Below, piece by piece: positions 40,443 to 50,692 of a stretch of 64,000 bases of DNA. A model generated the notes under the pieces. It did not search any database. It was given only the letters and a program-made list of their open reading frames with translations, and had not been told where the DNA came from. The stretch lies in NCBI GenBank assembly GCA_963850305.1, contig CAWKKR010000007.1, positions 992,001 to 1,056,000 on the forward strand, given 5' to 3'. Position 1 is the stretch's first letter. The number at the start of each line of letters is the position of its first letter. Made by a program: the position numbers and the translations under genes. The DNA is from an uncultured delta proteobacterium (GTDB lineage Bacteria > Myxococcota_A > Polyangia > Polyangiales > Polyangiaceae).

Positions 40443-41869
40443 TTGGTTTTCTCCTTCGCCTTGCCGGAATCAGCCGTGTTCGATGGCTCCACGATCACGG
40501 TGCTCGCCTTGTCCTTCGTCAGGTATTTCCGCACGGCGTCCCTGACTTGCGCGCCCGTGACGGCCTTGAAGCGTGAGACTTCGCGCGAGAGCAGACGCGC
40601 GTCGCCCCAGAACAGCTCGAACTCCCCGAGCTCGGTGGCGCGATGCAGATTGGACTCGAGCCCGAACAGGAACTGCGAGGAGATGCGCGTCTTGGCCTTG
40701 GCGAGCTCCTCCGCGGTCGGGGCCGTGGTTGCCAGACGGGCGATCTCGGAGTCGAGGACCGCATCGACACCCTTTGGCTTCGCGCTGTCGCTGAGCACCG
40801 CCTGAATGACGAAGAAGTCCGGGCCGCGCTGGTCGTTGGTCCAGACGGCCACGTTTTGTGCCTTGGAATCCGTCCGCACCAGGCGCTGGTAAAGCCGCGA
40901 GCTCTCGCCGTCTCCGAGGATGTACGCCGCGACCTCGAGCGCATAGTGCTCCGGTGTCCGATCCGGTGGGATGACCCAGCCCTTCAGCACCGCCGGCGTT
41001 TGCGCGTTCGTATCCGTCACCTCCGCTTGTCGGGGCGCTGTCTGCGGGGGAAGGGGGGGCGGGCCGTAAACCGGTGGCTTCTTCTGGTTCGCGCCGATGC
41101 CGCCGAAGTCCTCGCGCACGAGACGCATGGCCTCGTCCGGGTCGAAATCGCCCGCGATCGTGAGAACGGCATTTTCAGGCGAATAATACTCCTGGTGGAA
41201 GGCCGCGACCTGTCCGAACTTCGCGGCGTCGAGATCCGCCATCGACCCGATCGGGTCGTGCTCGTAGGGAAAGTAACCCTGGAAGGCGAGTGCGCGGAGC
41301 TTGATCAGGCCCTCGGCGTAGGCCTGATTCGAGACGCGCATCCGGTATTCTTCCTCGACCACCGCGCGTTGATTTTCGACGTTGGCGGGCGTGACGGCGA
41401 GGCTCTTCATGCGATCGGCCTCGAGGAACAAGGCGACGGGCAACTCGCTCGAAGGCAGCATCTCGAAGTAGTTCGTGCGATCCGTGCCCGTCGTGCCGTT
41501 CAGGGTTCCGCCGCGCGCGGTGATGAGCTTGAAGTGTTCGCCCTTCGCGACGTGTCCGCTTCCCTGGAACATCATGTGCTCGAACAGGTGCGCGAAGCCG
41601 CTCTTGCCCGGCTCTTCGTTCCGCGAGCCGACGTCGTACGTCACGCAGACCGCGACGTTCGGCGCGTCGTGGTCGACGTTGAGAACGACGCGCAGGCCGT
41701 TCTCCAGCATCACGCGCTGGATGGACAGCGCGAGATCCCCCGTCCCGGAGTCCGATGGTGACGGAACGGCAGCCTTCGCCGACGGGGCTCCGGCAAGCCG
41801 CACCCCCGCGACCATGCCGGCGATGACGGGCGCAAAGAGCCGAGCTTTCGAGCGTGATGGATGCGTCAC
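40439..41869 (-). CDS. M16 family zinc peptidase, catalytic subunit
   Basis: GFAHLFEHMMFQGS inverted zinc motif. Confidence 0.95.
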   Translation of the reverse strand: MTHPSRSKARLFAPVIAGMVAGVRLAGAPSAKAAVPSPSDSGTGDLALSIQRVMLENGLRVVLNVDHDAPNVAVCVTYDVGSRNEEPGKSGFAHLFEHMMFQGSGHVAKGEHFKLITARGGTLNGTTGTDRTNYFEMLPSSELPVALFLEADRMKSLAVTPANVENQRAVVEEEYRMRVSNQAYAEGLIKLRALAFQGYFPYEHDPIGSMADLDAAKFGQVAAFHQEYYSPENAVLTIAGDFDPDEAMRLVREDFGGIGANQKKPPVYGPPPLPPQTAPRQAEVTDTNAQTPAVLKGWVIPPDRTPEHYALEVAAYILGDGESSRLYQRLVRTDSKAQNVAVWTNDQRGPDFFVIQAVLSDSAKPKGVDAVLDSEIARLATTAPTAEELAKAKTRISSQFLFGLESNLHRATELGEFELFWGDARLLSREVSRFKAVTGAQVRDAVRKYLTKDKASTVIVEPSNTADSGKAKEKTK

Positions 41870-41976
41870 TTCAGGTGGTCTCCGTCTGTCCTACTTGTGC
41901 CTACATACCCTAAAGTGGAACGCGGATGTTGTCGCGTCGCGGCTGCTCTGTAAATCTGTGAGTCGCTCGCAGAGCC

Positions 41977-43554
41977 ATGCGCACCCTCCAGGAGATCCAG
42001 CCGGGCCAGACCCTCGGACGGTACGAATTTCTCGTTCCGATCGCCGAAGGCGGAATGGCGTCCGTCTGGGCGGCGCGACTCAAAGGTTCGCGCGGCTTCT
42101 CGAAGACCGTCGCGGTGAAGACGATGCTGCCGAGCGTGTCGGACGACCCGCAGTTCGAGCAAATGTTCCTCGACGAGGCGCAGCTCGCAGCACGCATTCG
42201 GCACCCGAACGTCGTCGAGATCCTGGATCTCGGAGAAGAAGAAGAGGTTCTCTACCTGGTGATGGAATGGGTGGATGGCGAGCCCCTGTCGAATCTGCGG
42301 CGGGCGGCCGCAAAGCAAGGAGGGATCCCTCGTTCCATCGCCGTCCGCTGCGTTGCCGACGCTTGTGCGGGGCTTCACGCGGCACACGAGCTGAAAGACG
42401 AGACAGGCCAGCTCGTCGGTCTGGTCCATCGCGACATTTCTCCGCAGAACATCCTCGTCACGTTCGACGGCGTCGTGAAGATCGTCGACTTCGGAGTCGC
42501 CAAGGCCGCGGGCAGATCTGCCGGGCAAACGACCGCCGGTCAGGTCAAGGGGAAGCCGCCATACATGTCGCCCGAACAGGCCCTCGGGGAGCCGGTCGAT
42601 CGACGCACGGACGTTTTTGCGCTCGGAATCATCCTTTATCAGCTGACGACGGGAAAGCACCCATTCCGGGGGGAGAGCGACCTCGTGACGCTGCAGAACA
42701 TCGTCTCGGACCGGCCGATCGTACCCCCTCGCGCGCACGACAAGCAGTACCCCCGCGGGCTCGAAGCGCTCGTCATGAAGGCGCTCGATCGCAAGCGCGA
42801 GCTGCGCTTTCAGTCCTGCGCGGAGCTCGAGGGGGCCATCGACGAGATCTTCGGCACGGAGATCACGCGCGCTCGGACCGAGGACGTGGGCAAGTTCGCA
42901 CGCGAGATGCTCGGGTCAAGAGGCGAGCTGCGACGAAAGGCGCTCACCGATTCCATCCGCGCCGCGGACGAACGAAGCGCCGGTCGCGGAAGCCTCGCGG
43001 GCGTACCGAAGTCGCTCGGCTCGCTCACACCGGCGACCGGCACGCACCGCGCGATCGACGGAGTGGGTTCGACGGACGTTCCGGGCGCGGGTACCGGGAC
43101 GGACCCGCATGGTCACCCGATAACGCCGTTCGGCGCGACGATCCCTGCGCCGATCGGACCGAAGGGGCGTCGGCTTCCCTTCGCGCTGGCGGGAGCCGCG
43201 ATTCTGGCCGTCGTCGTCGGCGCACTCTTCGCGATGAAGCCCGGGTCGCGACCCGAGGGCTCGCCCGCAGCCGGCGGTCCCGTCGCGAGCGCGTCGAGCC
43301 CCGTCGAAGCGCCTCCGCCCGTGGCGAGCGTTGCGTCGGCGCCGACCGTGATCTCCGAGCCGGAAGCGACGCCTTCGGCAACCGCGGTCGCTCCCTCCGT
43401 CGAACCACCGCACAGGAAGCCTGCCCGGCGAGTCGCGCATTTCGTCGTGCCTCCGCGAGCTGGGCCGGTTGCGTCGAAACCCGTTCCAGCACTGCATGAG
43501 GCGAAGACCAAGACGGGCTTCGTGCCACCCCCGGTGTCGGATCCTGGCTTCTGA
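41977..43554 (+). CDS. Membrane Ser/Thr protein kinase
   Basis: EGGMASV, VAVK, HRDISPQN, DFG, YMSPE; TM helix; Pro-rich tail ending DPGF. Confidence 0.97.
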   Translation: MRTLQEIQPGQTLGRYEFLVPIAEGGMASVWAARLKGSRGFSKTVAVKTMLPSVSDDPQFEQMFLDEAQLAARIRHPNVVEILDLGEEEEVLYLVMEWVDGEPLSNLRRAAAKQGGIPRSIAVRCVADACAGLHAAHELKDETGQLVGLVHRDISPQNILVTFDGVVKIVDFGVAKAAGRSAGQTTAGQVKGKPPYMSPEQALGEPVDRRTDVFALGIILYQLTTGKHPFRGESDLVTLQNIVSDRPIVPPRAHDKQYPRGLEALVMKALDRKRELRFQSCAELEGAIDEIFGTEITRARTEDVGKFAREMLGSRGELRRKALTDSIRAADERSAGRGSLAGVPKSLGSLTPATGTHRAIDGVGSTDVPGAGTGTDPHGHPITPFGATIPAPIGPKGRRLPFALAGAAILAVVVGALFAMKPGSRPEGSPAAGGPVASASSPVEAPPPVASVASAPTVISEPEATPSATAVAPSVEPPHRKPARRVAHFVVPPRAGPVASKPVPALHEAKTKTGFVPPPVSDPGF

Positions 43555-43600
43555 GTATCTTCCGTGTCCGCACCAAGACCATGAACAAGCCGGAGAGTCG

Positions 43601-44632
43601 ATGAACCGTCGCGTGTCCGAACAGAGGCTGATGAGGGTCGGCGCCAGCGCCGCATTGAGCGTCGCAGTGGGGCTCGGCGTCGCCACGGTTGCCGAGCCCG
43701 TTTACGCGCAGAGTCAGCAGGATCTCGAGCGTGCGCGGTCCCTGTTCGGCGAGGGCTTGAGTCTCGAGGCGGCGGGAAACTGGGCGGCGGCGCTGTCGAA
43801 GTTCGAGGACGTGGGCAGGGTCAAGCTCACGCCTCAGGTTCGGTTCCACGCGGCGCGCTGCAACGAACAGCTCGGTCGATTGAGCGAAGCCCTCGGCGAC
43901 TATCGGCTGGCCGAGTACGAGGCCGGGCAAGAGGGGTTGTCGGATCTCTCCGCCATCACCCAGGCGCGCCAGGCTCTCGAGATGCGCATTCCGAAGCTCG
44001 TGATCCGGCGAGGCAAGGGCGCGGAGACGGCCCATATCCAGCTGGACGGTGTGGATCTCGGCGAGGCTCAGATAGGACAGCCCGTCCCGGTCGACCCAGG
44101 CCCTCACACCGTGACCGCGCGCTTGACCGCGGACCGGCAATTTCAACAGTCCACCCTGGTGAAGGAGAGCGAAACGGCGCAGATCGTCCTGGTCGCGCCG
44201 GCGGCCCTCGTGACTCAAGGTGCGCCTGCATCGGCTCCAGTCGTCGCCGCGGCGTCTGCACCGATGTCAGACCAAGGCGCCTCTCCGGAGGCGAGCCACG
44301 CCTCGCCATTGCCGTGGATAGCCGGCGGCGTCGGCGTCGCGGGTCTCGGCGCGGCTGGAGCGTTTTTCCTGATGCGATCGAGCGAAAAGAGCGACCTCGA
44401 CGCCGTCTGCCGCGGAGACGTCTGTCCGAAGTCCGCGGAGAACGATCAGACCAAGGGTCAGCTCTACTCGACCCTGTCGGCGGTCTCGCTCGGCGTGGGC
44501 GTGGTGGGCCTTGGCGTCGCCACGTACCTGTTCGTGAGCCAGCCCTCGGGCGGCGATCACGTAGCCTTCGTTCCGATCGACGTCGCGGCGGGTCCTGGCG
44601 GCGGCTCCGTCACCGTCCGCGGCAGATTCTGA
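43601..44632 (+). CDS. TPR + PEGA-like membrane protein
   Basis: ARSLFGEG..NWAAALSKF TPR-like helices; VDPGPHTVTA; C-terminal VRGRF. Confidence 0.8.
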   Translation: MNRRVSEQRLMRVGASAALSVAVGLGVATVAEPVYAQSQQDLERARSLFGEGLSLEAAGNWAAALSKFEDVGRVKLTPQVRFHAARCNEQLGRLSEALGDYRLAEYEAGQEGLSDLSAITQARQALEMRIPKLVIRRGKGAETAHIQLDGVDLGEAQIGQPVPVDPGPHTVTARLTADRQFQQSTLVKESETAQIVLVAPAALVTQGAPASAPVVAAASAPMSDQGASPEASHASPLPWIAGGVGVAGLGAAGAFFLMRSSEKSDLDAVCRGDVCPKSAENDQTKGQLYSTLSAVSLGVGVVGLGVATYLFVSQPSGGDHVAFVPIDVAAGPGGGSVTVRGRF

Positions 44633-44637
44633 GTTAC

Positions 44638-46599
44638 CTACGGCGTGGCCTGGCAGCAAACCGTCACGGGTCCGGTCGGTGACGGCTGTCCCTGCGGGTT
44701 GCTCGCCGTCGCGGTGCAGACTGGCCCCGCATTCAAATATTTGTACGAGCGCGTGTCCTGCTCGGTCTTCACGCCGCCACAGCCGGCGGAGCTGAATATC
44801 TGGGTCGGGTCCGCCGGGACTTCCGTGCAGGCGTTCACCTTGCTGAAGTCCAGCGTCGTGGCGCCCGCCGTGCAAGCGTTGTCGGTGTAGGTCGTGATGG
44901 TGCCGCCGCAGCCGACGCTGCACGAGCACGCGGTGCACGAGCGACCTTCCGTCACACCTTGATAATACTGTTCGGCGGGACCTGGCTCCTCCGTCGGGTA
45001 GTCGCTCGGACACGTCTGGATCCCTGAGCGCCAGATACAGAGTGGCGCGCCGAACGGCGCCGCGGGCTTGGGCACGCAAAGCCCACCGCTCGAACAGCCG
45101 CCACCCGTCGTCACGCTCGTCGAGCACCCGACCACGTCGGTAGTCCAGCTCGTCGAAGGGAATGCCGGCGTCCCCTGCGTCGCGGTGCAGCTTCCGTGGA
45201 CGTACGCCCCGGGTGCCTTTTCGAGCAGCGCGCTCTCCGCGCTCGGCGTCGCCTCGCAGAGGCCGAACGTCTGGCACTCGGTCGTCGAAGTGTTCGGGGC
45301 GAACGGTTGCGGGTTCCACGGACTCTGATTCGTGCACGTCTTCGATGTATCGAAGATGAACGTGAGGTCGTCGCAATAGGACGACGGGGCCGTCGTGCAG
45401 CCGCACGCGGGACAGGCGTTGCCCGGCGGCGGAACGACGAGCCCGCTATTCGCGACGAAGGCGTTCCCAGGAAAGCCGCCCGCTGCCCCACAGCTCGGAT
45501 CGGTGCCGGCCGCGCCCGACCAGAGCGCGATGGGACCGTTCCAGCCCGCGGGGGTCGTCCCGCAGGTGTAGCCCGCGGTGCAATCCGGATCCGCGCAGTC
45601 GACGAGGTTATCGCCGTCGTCATCCACGCCGTTCTGGCAGTTCTCGACGAGCTTCTTGCAAGCGCTGTTCACGCAGGCGTAGCCGGACGCGCAGGGTTTG
45701 CCGCAACCATTGCAATTCTGGTTGTCGTTCGTCGGGTTCACGCACGTGGAGGACGCGCCAGTCCCGCATGCGATGAACGGGAAAGAGCAACTTGCCTCGC
45801 AGTTGCCTCCGGCGCAAACCTCGCTGGAGGTCTTGCAGTTCGTCGAGCAGTTGCCGCAGTACTGATCGTTGCTGCTCGTATCCACGCACTGGCCGTCACA
45901 GCGGGTGAGCCCGTGGCAATCCACCAGGCACTGGCTGCCTTCGCACACGAACCCGGCCGGGCACGGCCTGTTGCAGTCCTGACAGTTATTCTCGTCGCTC
46001 GTCGTGTCCACGCAGACGCCGGTCGTCGTCCCTGTCGGCACGCACAGCTTCAGAGTGCCGGCGCAGGGCGGCGCGCAGGCCGTCTTGGTGCCCCCATCTG
46101 CCTCGTGGGTGGTGCATACGTCGGAACCCGTGCACCTGGCGTCGCAATCCCCACAATTGTTCTTGTCGCTCAGCAGATCGACGCATGCGCCGCTGCAATC
46201 GGTCAGACCGACTCCACAATGTGGCCCCGAGTCCATGGCGCCCGCTCCCGCTCCCGCCTCCACGGCTTCGCCGCCTCCGCTCCCGCCCGAGCCCGCGTCC
46301 ATTCGTCGCACGCCGCCCTCGCGTTTGCCGGCCGTGGTGCCGCCCTCGCCAAACACGCCCCCGCCCCCGAGCCCGCCCCCCGAGCTGCCGGCGAAACCTG
46401 CCGCGCCGGAACCGCCCGCAGAAGCGTCCGCACCGCTGGTCGCATTCCCGCCGGAGCCCGCGTCCTTCTTCCCCTTGCCGTAAAAGACGCTGTCGTCGAC
46501 GAACGTGTGGTCCGGAAAGCCGCAGCTTTCAGCCATCACGACGGTCCCGAGCGTCAGGAGACCGAGCGCGATCCCTCTTTTAAGCACCTTCGAGCGCAC
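44638..46599 (-). CDS. Secreted Cys-rich protein with Stig1-like repeats
   Basis: Repeats CVD..SD..NCG.C...C; ENCQNGVDDDGDNLVDCADPDC. Confidence 0.8.
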   Translation of the reverse strand: MRSKVLKRGIALGLLTLGTVVMAESCGFPDHTFVDDSVFYGKGKKDAGSGGNATSGADASAGGSGAAGFAGSSGGGLGGGGVFGEGGTTAGKREGGVRRMDAGSGGSGGGEAVEAGAGAGAMDSGPHCGVGLTDCSGACVDLLSDKNNCGDCDARCTGSDVCTTHEADGGTKTACAPPCAGTLKLCVPTGTTTGVCVDTTSDENNCQDCNRPCPAGFVCEGSQCLVDCHGLTRCDGQCVDTSSNDQYCGNCSTNCKTSSEVCAGGNCEASCSFPFIACGTGASSTCVNPTNDNQNCNGCGKPCASGYACVNSACKKLVENCQNGVDDDGDNLVDCADPDCTAGYTCGTTPAGWNGPIALWSGAAGTDPSCGAAGGFPGNAFVANSGLVVPPPGNACPACGCTTAPSSYCDDLTFIFDTSKTCTNQSPWNPQPFAPNTSTTECQTFGLCEATPSAESALLEKAPGAYVHGSCTATQGTPAFPSTSWTTDVVGCSTSVTTGGGCSSGGLCVPKPAAPFGAPLCIWRSGIQTCPSDYPTEEPGPAEQYYQGVTEGRSCTACSCSVGCGGTITTYTDNACTAGATTLDFSKVNACTEVPADPTQIFSSAGCGGVKTEQDTRSYKYLNAGPVCTATASNPQGQPSPTGPVTVCCQATP

Positions 46600-46756
46600 G
46601 GCGGACAAAGTGCGCCCAGGATAACACGGTCGCATGACGCGGCGGTTTCGATCGATTCCAGCGTTCGCCCGGGTCTCGCGCACCTTTGCCTACCCGTGCT
46701 CCGGTCCGCCGCGTGTGCGCTCCCGCCGGGTCCGTCAGGGCTCAGAACGACGCATC

Positions 46757-46840
46757 GCTCGGCCCGAATCGGACGTTGCTCGGCTCGAGTCGGTGGTTGC
46801 TCAGCTCGAGTCGGTGGTTGCTCGGCCCGAGTCGGACATT
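46757..46840. repeat. Tandem array, 4 x 21 bp (GCTC(G/A)GC(C/T)CGA(G/A)TCGG..)
   Basis: Units at 46757, 46778, 46799, 46820. Confidence 0.85.
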
Positions 46841-46992
46841 GCGCAGCGTGAGGAGGCCCGCTCCACGACTGAGTCACCGGCCCTTCGCCGATCATTTGAT
46901 GGTGGCGCGGCCGTGGCTCGTAGCATTGTACGGACTAAAGCCGATCAGTCGATGAGGCCCGCCAGATCTGGCGTCACGACGGGAAGGGACGG

Positions 46993-48942
46993 ATGGCAGA
47001 AGGAGCGCTTCTCTGGGAACCGACGGCCGAGGTCGAGGGTCGAAGCCGAGTTCGTCATTACATGCGATGGCTGGAAGCGAAGATCGGACGTCGCTTCGTT
47101 TCGTACGACGAGCTGTGGCGGTGGTCGGTTACCGAGCTCGAGAGTTTCTGGGCGACCCTCTGGGAGTATTTCGACGTGCGATCGCGCTCGCCCTACGAAC
47201 GCGTTCTCTCGTCGCGAGCCATGCCGGGGGCGGAATGGTTTCCCGGCGCGACGTTGAACTACGCGGAGCACTCCCTACGTTACGAGGGGTCGGGAACGGC
47301 CGTCCTGTTTCGATCGGAAGACGGTCGCGGGGGGCAGCTGACGCGGGACGCACTCCGAGACGCCGTCGTGCGCGCCCGCGCCGGGCTCTCGCGCCTCGGA
47401 GTGAGGCGAGGGGACCGGGTCGCGGCGATCTTGCCCAACGGTCCGGAAGCGGTGATCGCGTTTCTGGCGACGGCAAGCCTCGGCGCGATCTGGTCATGCG
47501 CCGCTCCCGAGTTCGGGGTGGAGGCCGTGCTCGATCGGTTCCGGCAGATCGCGCCGAAGGTTCTCATCGGCGTCGACGGCTACCTGTACGGCGGCAAAGC
47601 TTTCGAGCGCAGCGCCGAGCTCGAAAAGATCGCCCAAGGATTACCGTCGACGGAGCACGTGGTGCTGGTCTCGAAGCTGGGCGGTTCCGTCGAGGGCTCG
47701 ATCGCGTGGAGCGAACTGCTCGCCACACCGACGTCGCTCGAGTTCGAGGCCGTGCCGTTCGCCCATCCGCTGTGGATTCTTTATTCCTCGGGGACCACCG
47801 GGCTCCCGAAGCCGATCGTTCAGGGGCACGGCGGGATTCTTCTCGAGCACCTGAAGGCGCTGGCTCTTCACTGCGACCTCGGTGAAAAGGACCGCTTCTT
47901 CTGGTTTTCGACCACCGGCTGGATGATGTGGAACTTCCTGGTCAGCGGTCTCACCGTAGGCGCGACGATCGTTCTCTACGACGGCAACCCGGGGCATCCG
48001 GACCTGTCGGCGCTGTATCGATTTGCGGATGAAGAGCGCGTGACCTATTTCGGGACGAGCGCGTCGTTCCTGCTCGCGTGCAAGAAGGCGGCGATCGTAC
48101 CGAAGAAGCTGGCGAACCTCGACGCACTTCGCGCGATTGGTTCAACCGGTTCGCCGCTGCCCTCCGACGGTTTCGAGTGGGTCTACGACAATGTGAAGCG
48201 CGACGTGCTCCTCGGCTCGATCGCAGGCGGCACGGATGTCTGTACGGCGTTCGTGGGCTCGTGTCCGCTTCTGGCCGTTCATTCCGGGGAGATCCAGTGC
48301 CGGGCGCTCGGGGCAAAAGTGGAAGCGTTCGACGACAGTGGAAGGTCCCTTCTCGGGGAAGTCGGCGAGCTCGTCGTGACCGAGCCGATGCCGTCCATGC
48401 CGCTCTACTTCTGGAACGACCCTGACGGAACGCGGCTCCGCGAGAGCTACTACTCGGAATTCCCGGGTGTGTGGCGCCACGGCGACTGGATCCGGATCAC
48501 GCCGCGAGGCTCGTGCGTGATTTACGGTCGCTCGGATTCGACCCTCAATCGCGGCGGAGTGCGAATGGGCACCGCCGAATTTTATCGGGTCGTGGAGGCG
48601 CTGCCGGACGTACTGGATTGCTTGGTGGTCGACACGGGCTCGCTCGAGCGAGAAGGTAAGCTATGGCTTTTCGTCGTCCCTGTCGCACCCACGCTCGGCG
48701 AGGATGCAATCCGGAGAATTCGCTCCGCGCTGCGCGCGTCCGTCTCGCCGCGACACGTCCCGGACGAGATCATCGGTATTCACGACGTCCCCCGGACGCT
48801 GAGTGGAAAAAAGCTCGAGGTGCCCGTGAAGCGCATCCTCATGGGAGTACCGCCCGAGCGCGCGGTGAATCCGGGCACGCTCGCGAATCCAGACGCCATG
48901 CGCGAAGTGCTTGACGCCGCGCGCCTCATCCGAGGGAATTGA
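46993..48942 (+). CDS. Acetoacetate-CoA ligase
   Basis: [48 protein letters not shown]. Confidence 0.93.
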   Translation: MAEGALLWEPTAEVEGRSRVRHYMRWLEAKIGRRFVSYDELWRWSVTELESFWATLWEYFDVRSRSPYERVLSSRAMPGAEWFPGATLNYAEHSLRYEGSGTAVLFRSEDGRGGQLTRDALRDAVVRARAGLSRLGVRRGDRVAAILPNGPEAVIAFLATASLGAIWSCAAPEFGVEAVLDRFRQIAPKVLIGVDGYLYGGKAFERSAELEKIAQGLPSTEHVVLVSKLGGSVEGSIAWSELLATPTSLEFEAVPFAHPLWILYSSGTTGLPKPIVQGHGGILLEHLKALALHCDLGEKDRFFWFSTTGWMMWNFLVSGLTVGATIVLYDGNPGHPDLSALYRFADEERVTYFGTSASFLLACKKAAIVPKKLANLDALRAIGSTGSPLPSDGFEWVYDNVKRDVLLGSIAGGTDVCTAFVGSCPLLAVHSGEIQCRALGAKVEAFDDSGRSLLGEVGELVVTEPMPSMPLYFWNDPDGTRLRESYYSEFPGVWRHGDWIRITPRGSCVIYGRSDSTLNRGGVRMGTAEFYRVVEALPDVLDCLVVDTGSLEREGKLWLFVVPVAPTLGEDAIRRIRSALRASVSPRHVPDEIIGIHDVPRTLSGKKLEVPVKRILMGVPPERAVNPGTLANPDAMREVLDAARLIRGN

Positions 48943-48951
48943 GGTGCGCCC

Positions 48952-49869
48952 TCATGTGGCGCTTGCCGTCGTGATGCGCTTCCTCGCGATCTGGCATGCA
49001 AGCGGACTGATGTCGATGCCGACGGAACGGCGGCCGAGACGTTCCGCGGCCACCACGGTCGTGCCCGACCCGCACATCGGATCCAGAACCCGGCTCTGTG
49101 GCGACGTCGCTGCCCTCAGGATTCGGTCCAGGAGCGTGAGCGGCTTCTGGGTCGGATAACCCGTCGTTTCTCGGGTCAAGGGGGTGTTCGCGTTCATCGC
49201 CGGGCAATCCGTCCAGACGCTGCCGAGACGACGGCCCTGGTCCGCGTAGTATCGATACGCCTTCCCGCCGATCACGCGCTCACGATACCTTCGGCCCGAA
49301 GGGTCTTCGTTCTGAAAATGCATCCGGAGGCTCGTGTCCGCGAAGGGTTCGCGCAGTGCCGGGTCGGAGGCGTTCCAGAGCATCTCTCCGCGCGAATACA
49401 CGAGGATGGTCTGATGCGTGACGCTCGGCCCCTTGACGCGTCGCGCGCCATTTCCGGGGACCCAGACGATCTCGCCTCGAAAGGCGACGCGGCCGAAGAC
49501 GCGATCCGCCATCACCTTGACGTCATGGACCGCGCGAAAGTCGAGATGGAGAAACAGGCTTCCTCCGGAAGTCATGGTGTCACGCACGCCCGCGAGCCGC
49601 GGTTCGAGCATGGTCAGAAACGAGTCGAGGCCGCCCCAGGCGTCCTTGTAAGCGACTGGCCCCTTGGTCCGCTCCCCCGAACCTTGCCTCGCAGCGCGTG
49701 TCCCGCCCGCGTTGAACGGGGGATCGACGTACACGAGGTCGAACGGACCGCCTGCCGCCGACATGGCGTCAGGGAGCCGCTCCAGGCAGTCGCCCTCGAG
49801 GATCGTGGCGCGCTTCGGTTTCGCGGCGCTGTGCGGCTTGGCAGAGCGGGCTTCACCCCGACGGCTCAC
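48952..49869 (-). CDS. Orphan beta-class N6A/N4C DNA methyltransferase
   Basis: DPPF motif IV precedes YPTQKP and DPMCGSGTT motif I. Confidence 0.9.
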   Translation of the reverse strand: MSRRGEARSAKPHSAAKPKRATILEGDCLERLPDAMSAAGGPFDLVYVDPPFNAGGTRAARQGSGERTKGPVAYKDAWGGLDSFLTMLEPRLAGVRDTMTSGGSLFLHLDFRAVHDVKVMADRVFGRVAFRGEIVWVPGNGARRVKGPSVTHQTILVYSRGEMLWNASDPALREPFADTSLRMHFQNEDPSGRRYRERVIGGKAYRYYADQGRRLGSVWTDCPAMNANTPLTRETTGYPTQKPLTLLDRILRAATSPQSRVLDPMCGSGTTVVAAERLGRRSVGIDISPLACQIARKRITTASAT

Positions 49870-50692
49870 CGTTCGACTCCAGCGCTGTGACGACGGGCGG
49901 ATCGCGGTCGATTTCCCCGTAGAGCGCGTCTTCGGACTGACGTAGATTCGGAAAGGGGGGGAGCCACTCCCAGCGTGGACCGCCGCCTTCGCAGCCGAGC
50001 ACCGCCTCGTCGGGCGTGCACGCGACGCGGAGGTGGATGTGGTCGTCGTGCTTCAAGCTGTCACTCGGCTGCATGAGGACCGTTTCCGCGCGCCACACGA
50101 GTTCGTCCGGCTCGCCGCGGGCGCGCGCGTAGTCGATCAGCAGGGCTTCGACGTCGCGTGAACAGAACATCCACTCCACGTTGGTCACGCCGAGGAGCGT
50201 CTTCACGAGGAGCCACTCCCGGGGCACGTCCAGGCGAACGAAGGTGTCCGTGCCTTCGATCGGAGCAAGACCATCCGGTCCCATCGGGATGAACCCCGGA
50301 TTTCGCACGGGCGTCCCGTCGAGGGTCGTGACGAACCAAGGCAGATCGACGTCGCGCCCCGTGCGGTGTGATTCGTGGCGCGCGATCCTTCCGCCGGTCC
50401 TGGCGGACAGATCGCCGACGGTAAGCGGCGCCCCCCCGGGGATCTCGTCATGAACGGTCCGCGCGGCGACCTCGACGGCGCGTACGAGCCGAGGATTTCC
50501 CCAATGGTTCGCGCCGAACTTGCGATAGCGCACGAATCCAACACCCTGCACCGGGAGTTCCTCGGCGATGGTGAGGACGCCGTGATACGGCGCACCGACG
50601 GATCCGGCCAGTCCGGGTGCGAGCGGGCTCGGGGTTCCGAAGCAACCGACGCACATTGCCGCGCCCGCGAGGACGCCCGCAAGGCACCTCAC
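49853..50692 (-). CDS. MepA-like penicillin-insensitive murein endopeptidase (lipoprotein)
   Basis: VGDLS..GG...HESHRTGRDVD and HDDHIHLR LAS-family motifs. Confidence 0.85.
   Translation of the reverse strand: MRCLAGVLAGAAMCVGCFGTPSPLAPGLAGSVGAPYHGVLTIAEELPVQGVGFVRYRKFGANHWGNPRLVRAVEVAARTVHDEIPGGAPLTVGDLSARTGGRIARHESHRTGRDVDLPWFVTTLDGTPVRNPGFIPMGPDGLAPIEGTDTFVRLDVPREWLLVKTLLGVTNVEWMFCSRDVEALLIDYARARGEPDELVWRAETVLMQPSDSLKHDDHIHLRVACTPDEAVLGCEGGGPRWEWLPPFPNLRQSEDALYGEIDRDPPVVTALESNGEPSG

Noticed and set aside
48952..49869. Restriction-modification or defence island
   Set aside because: No nuclease or other defence genes adjacent
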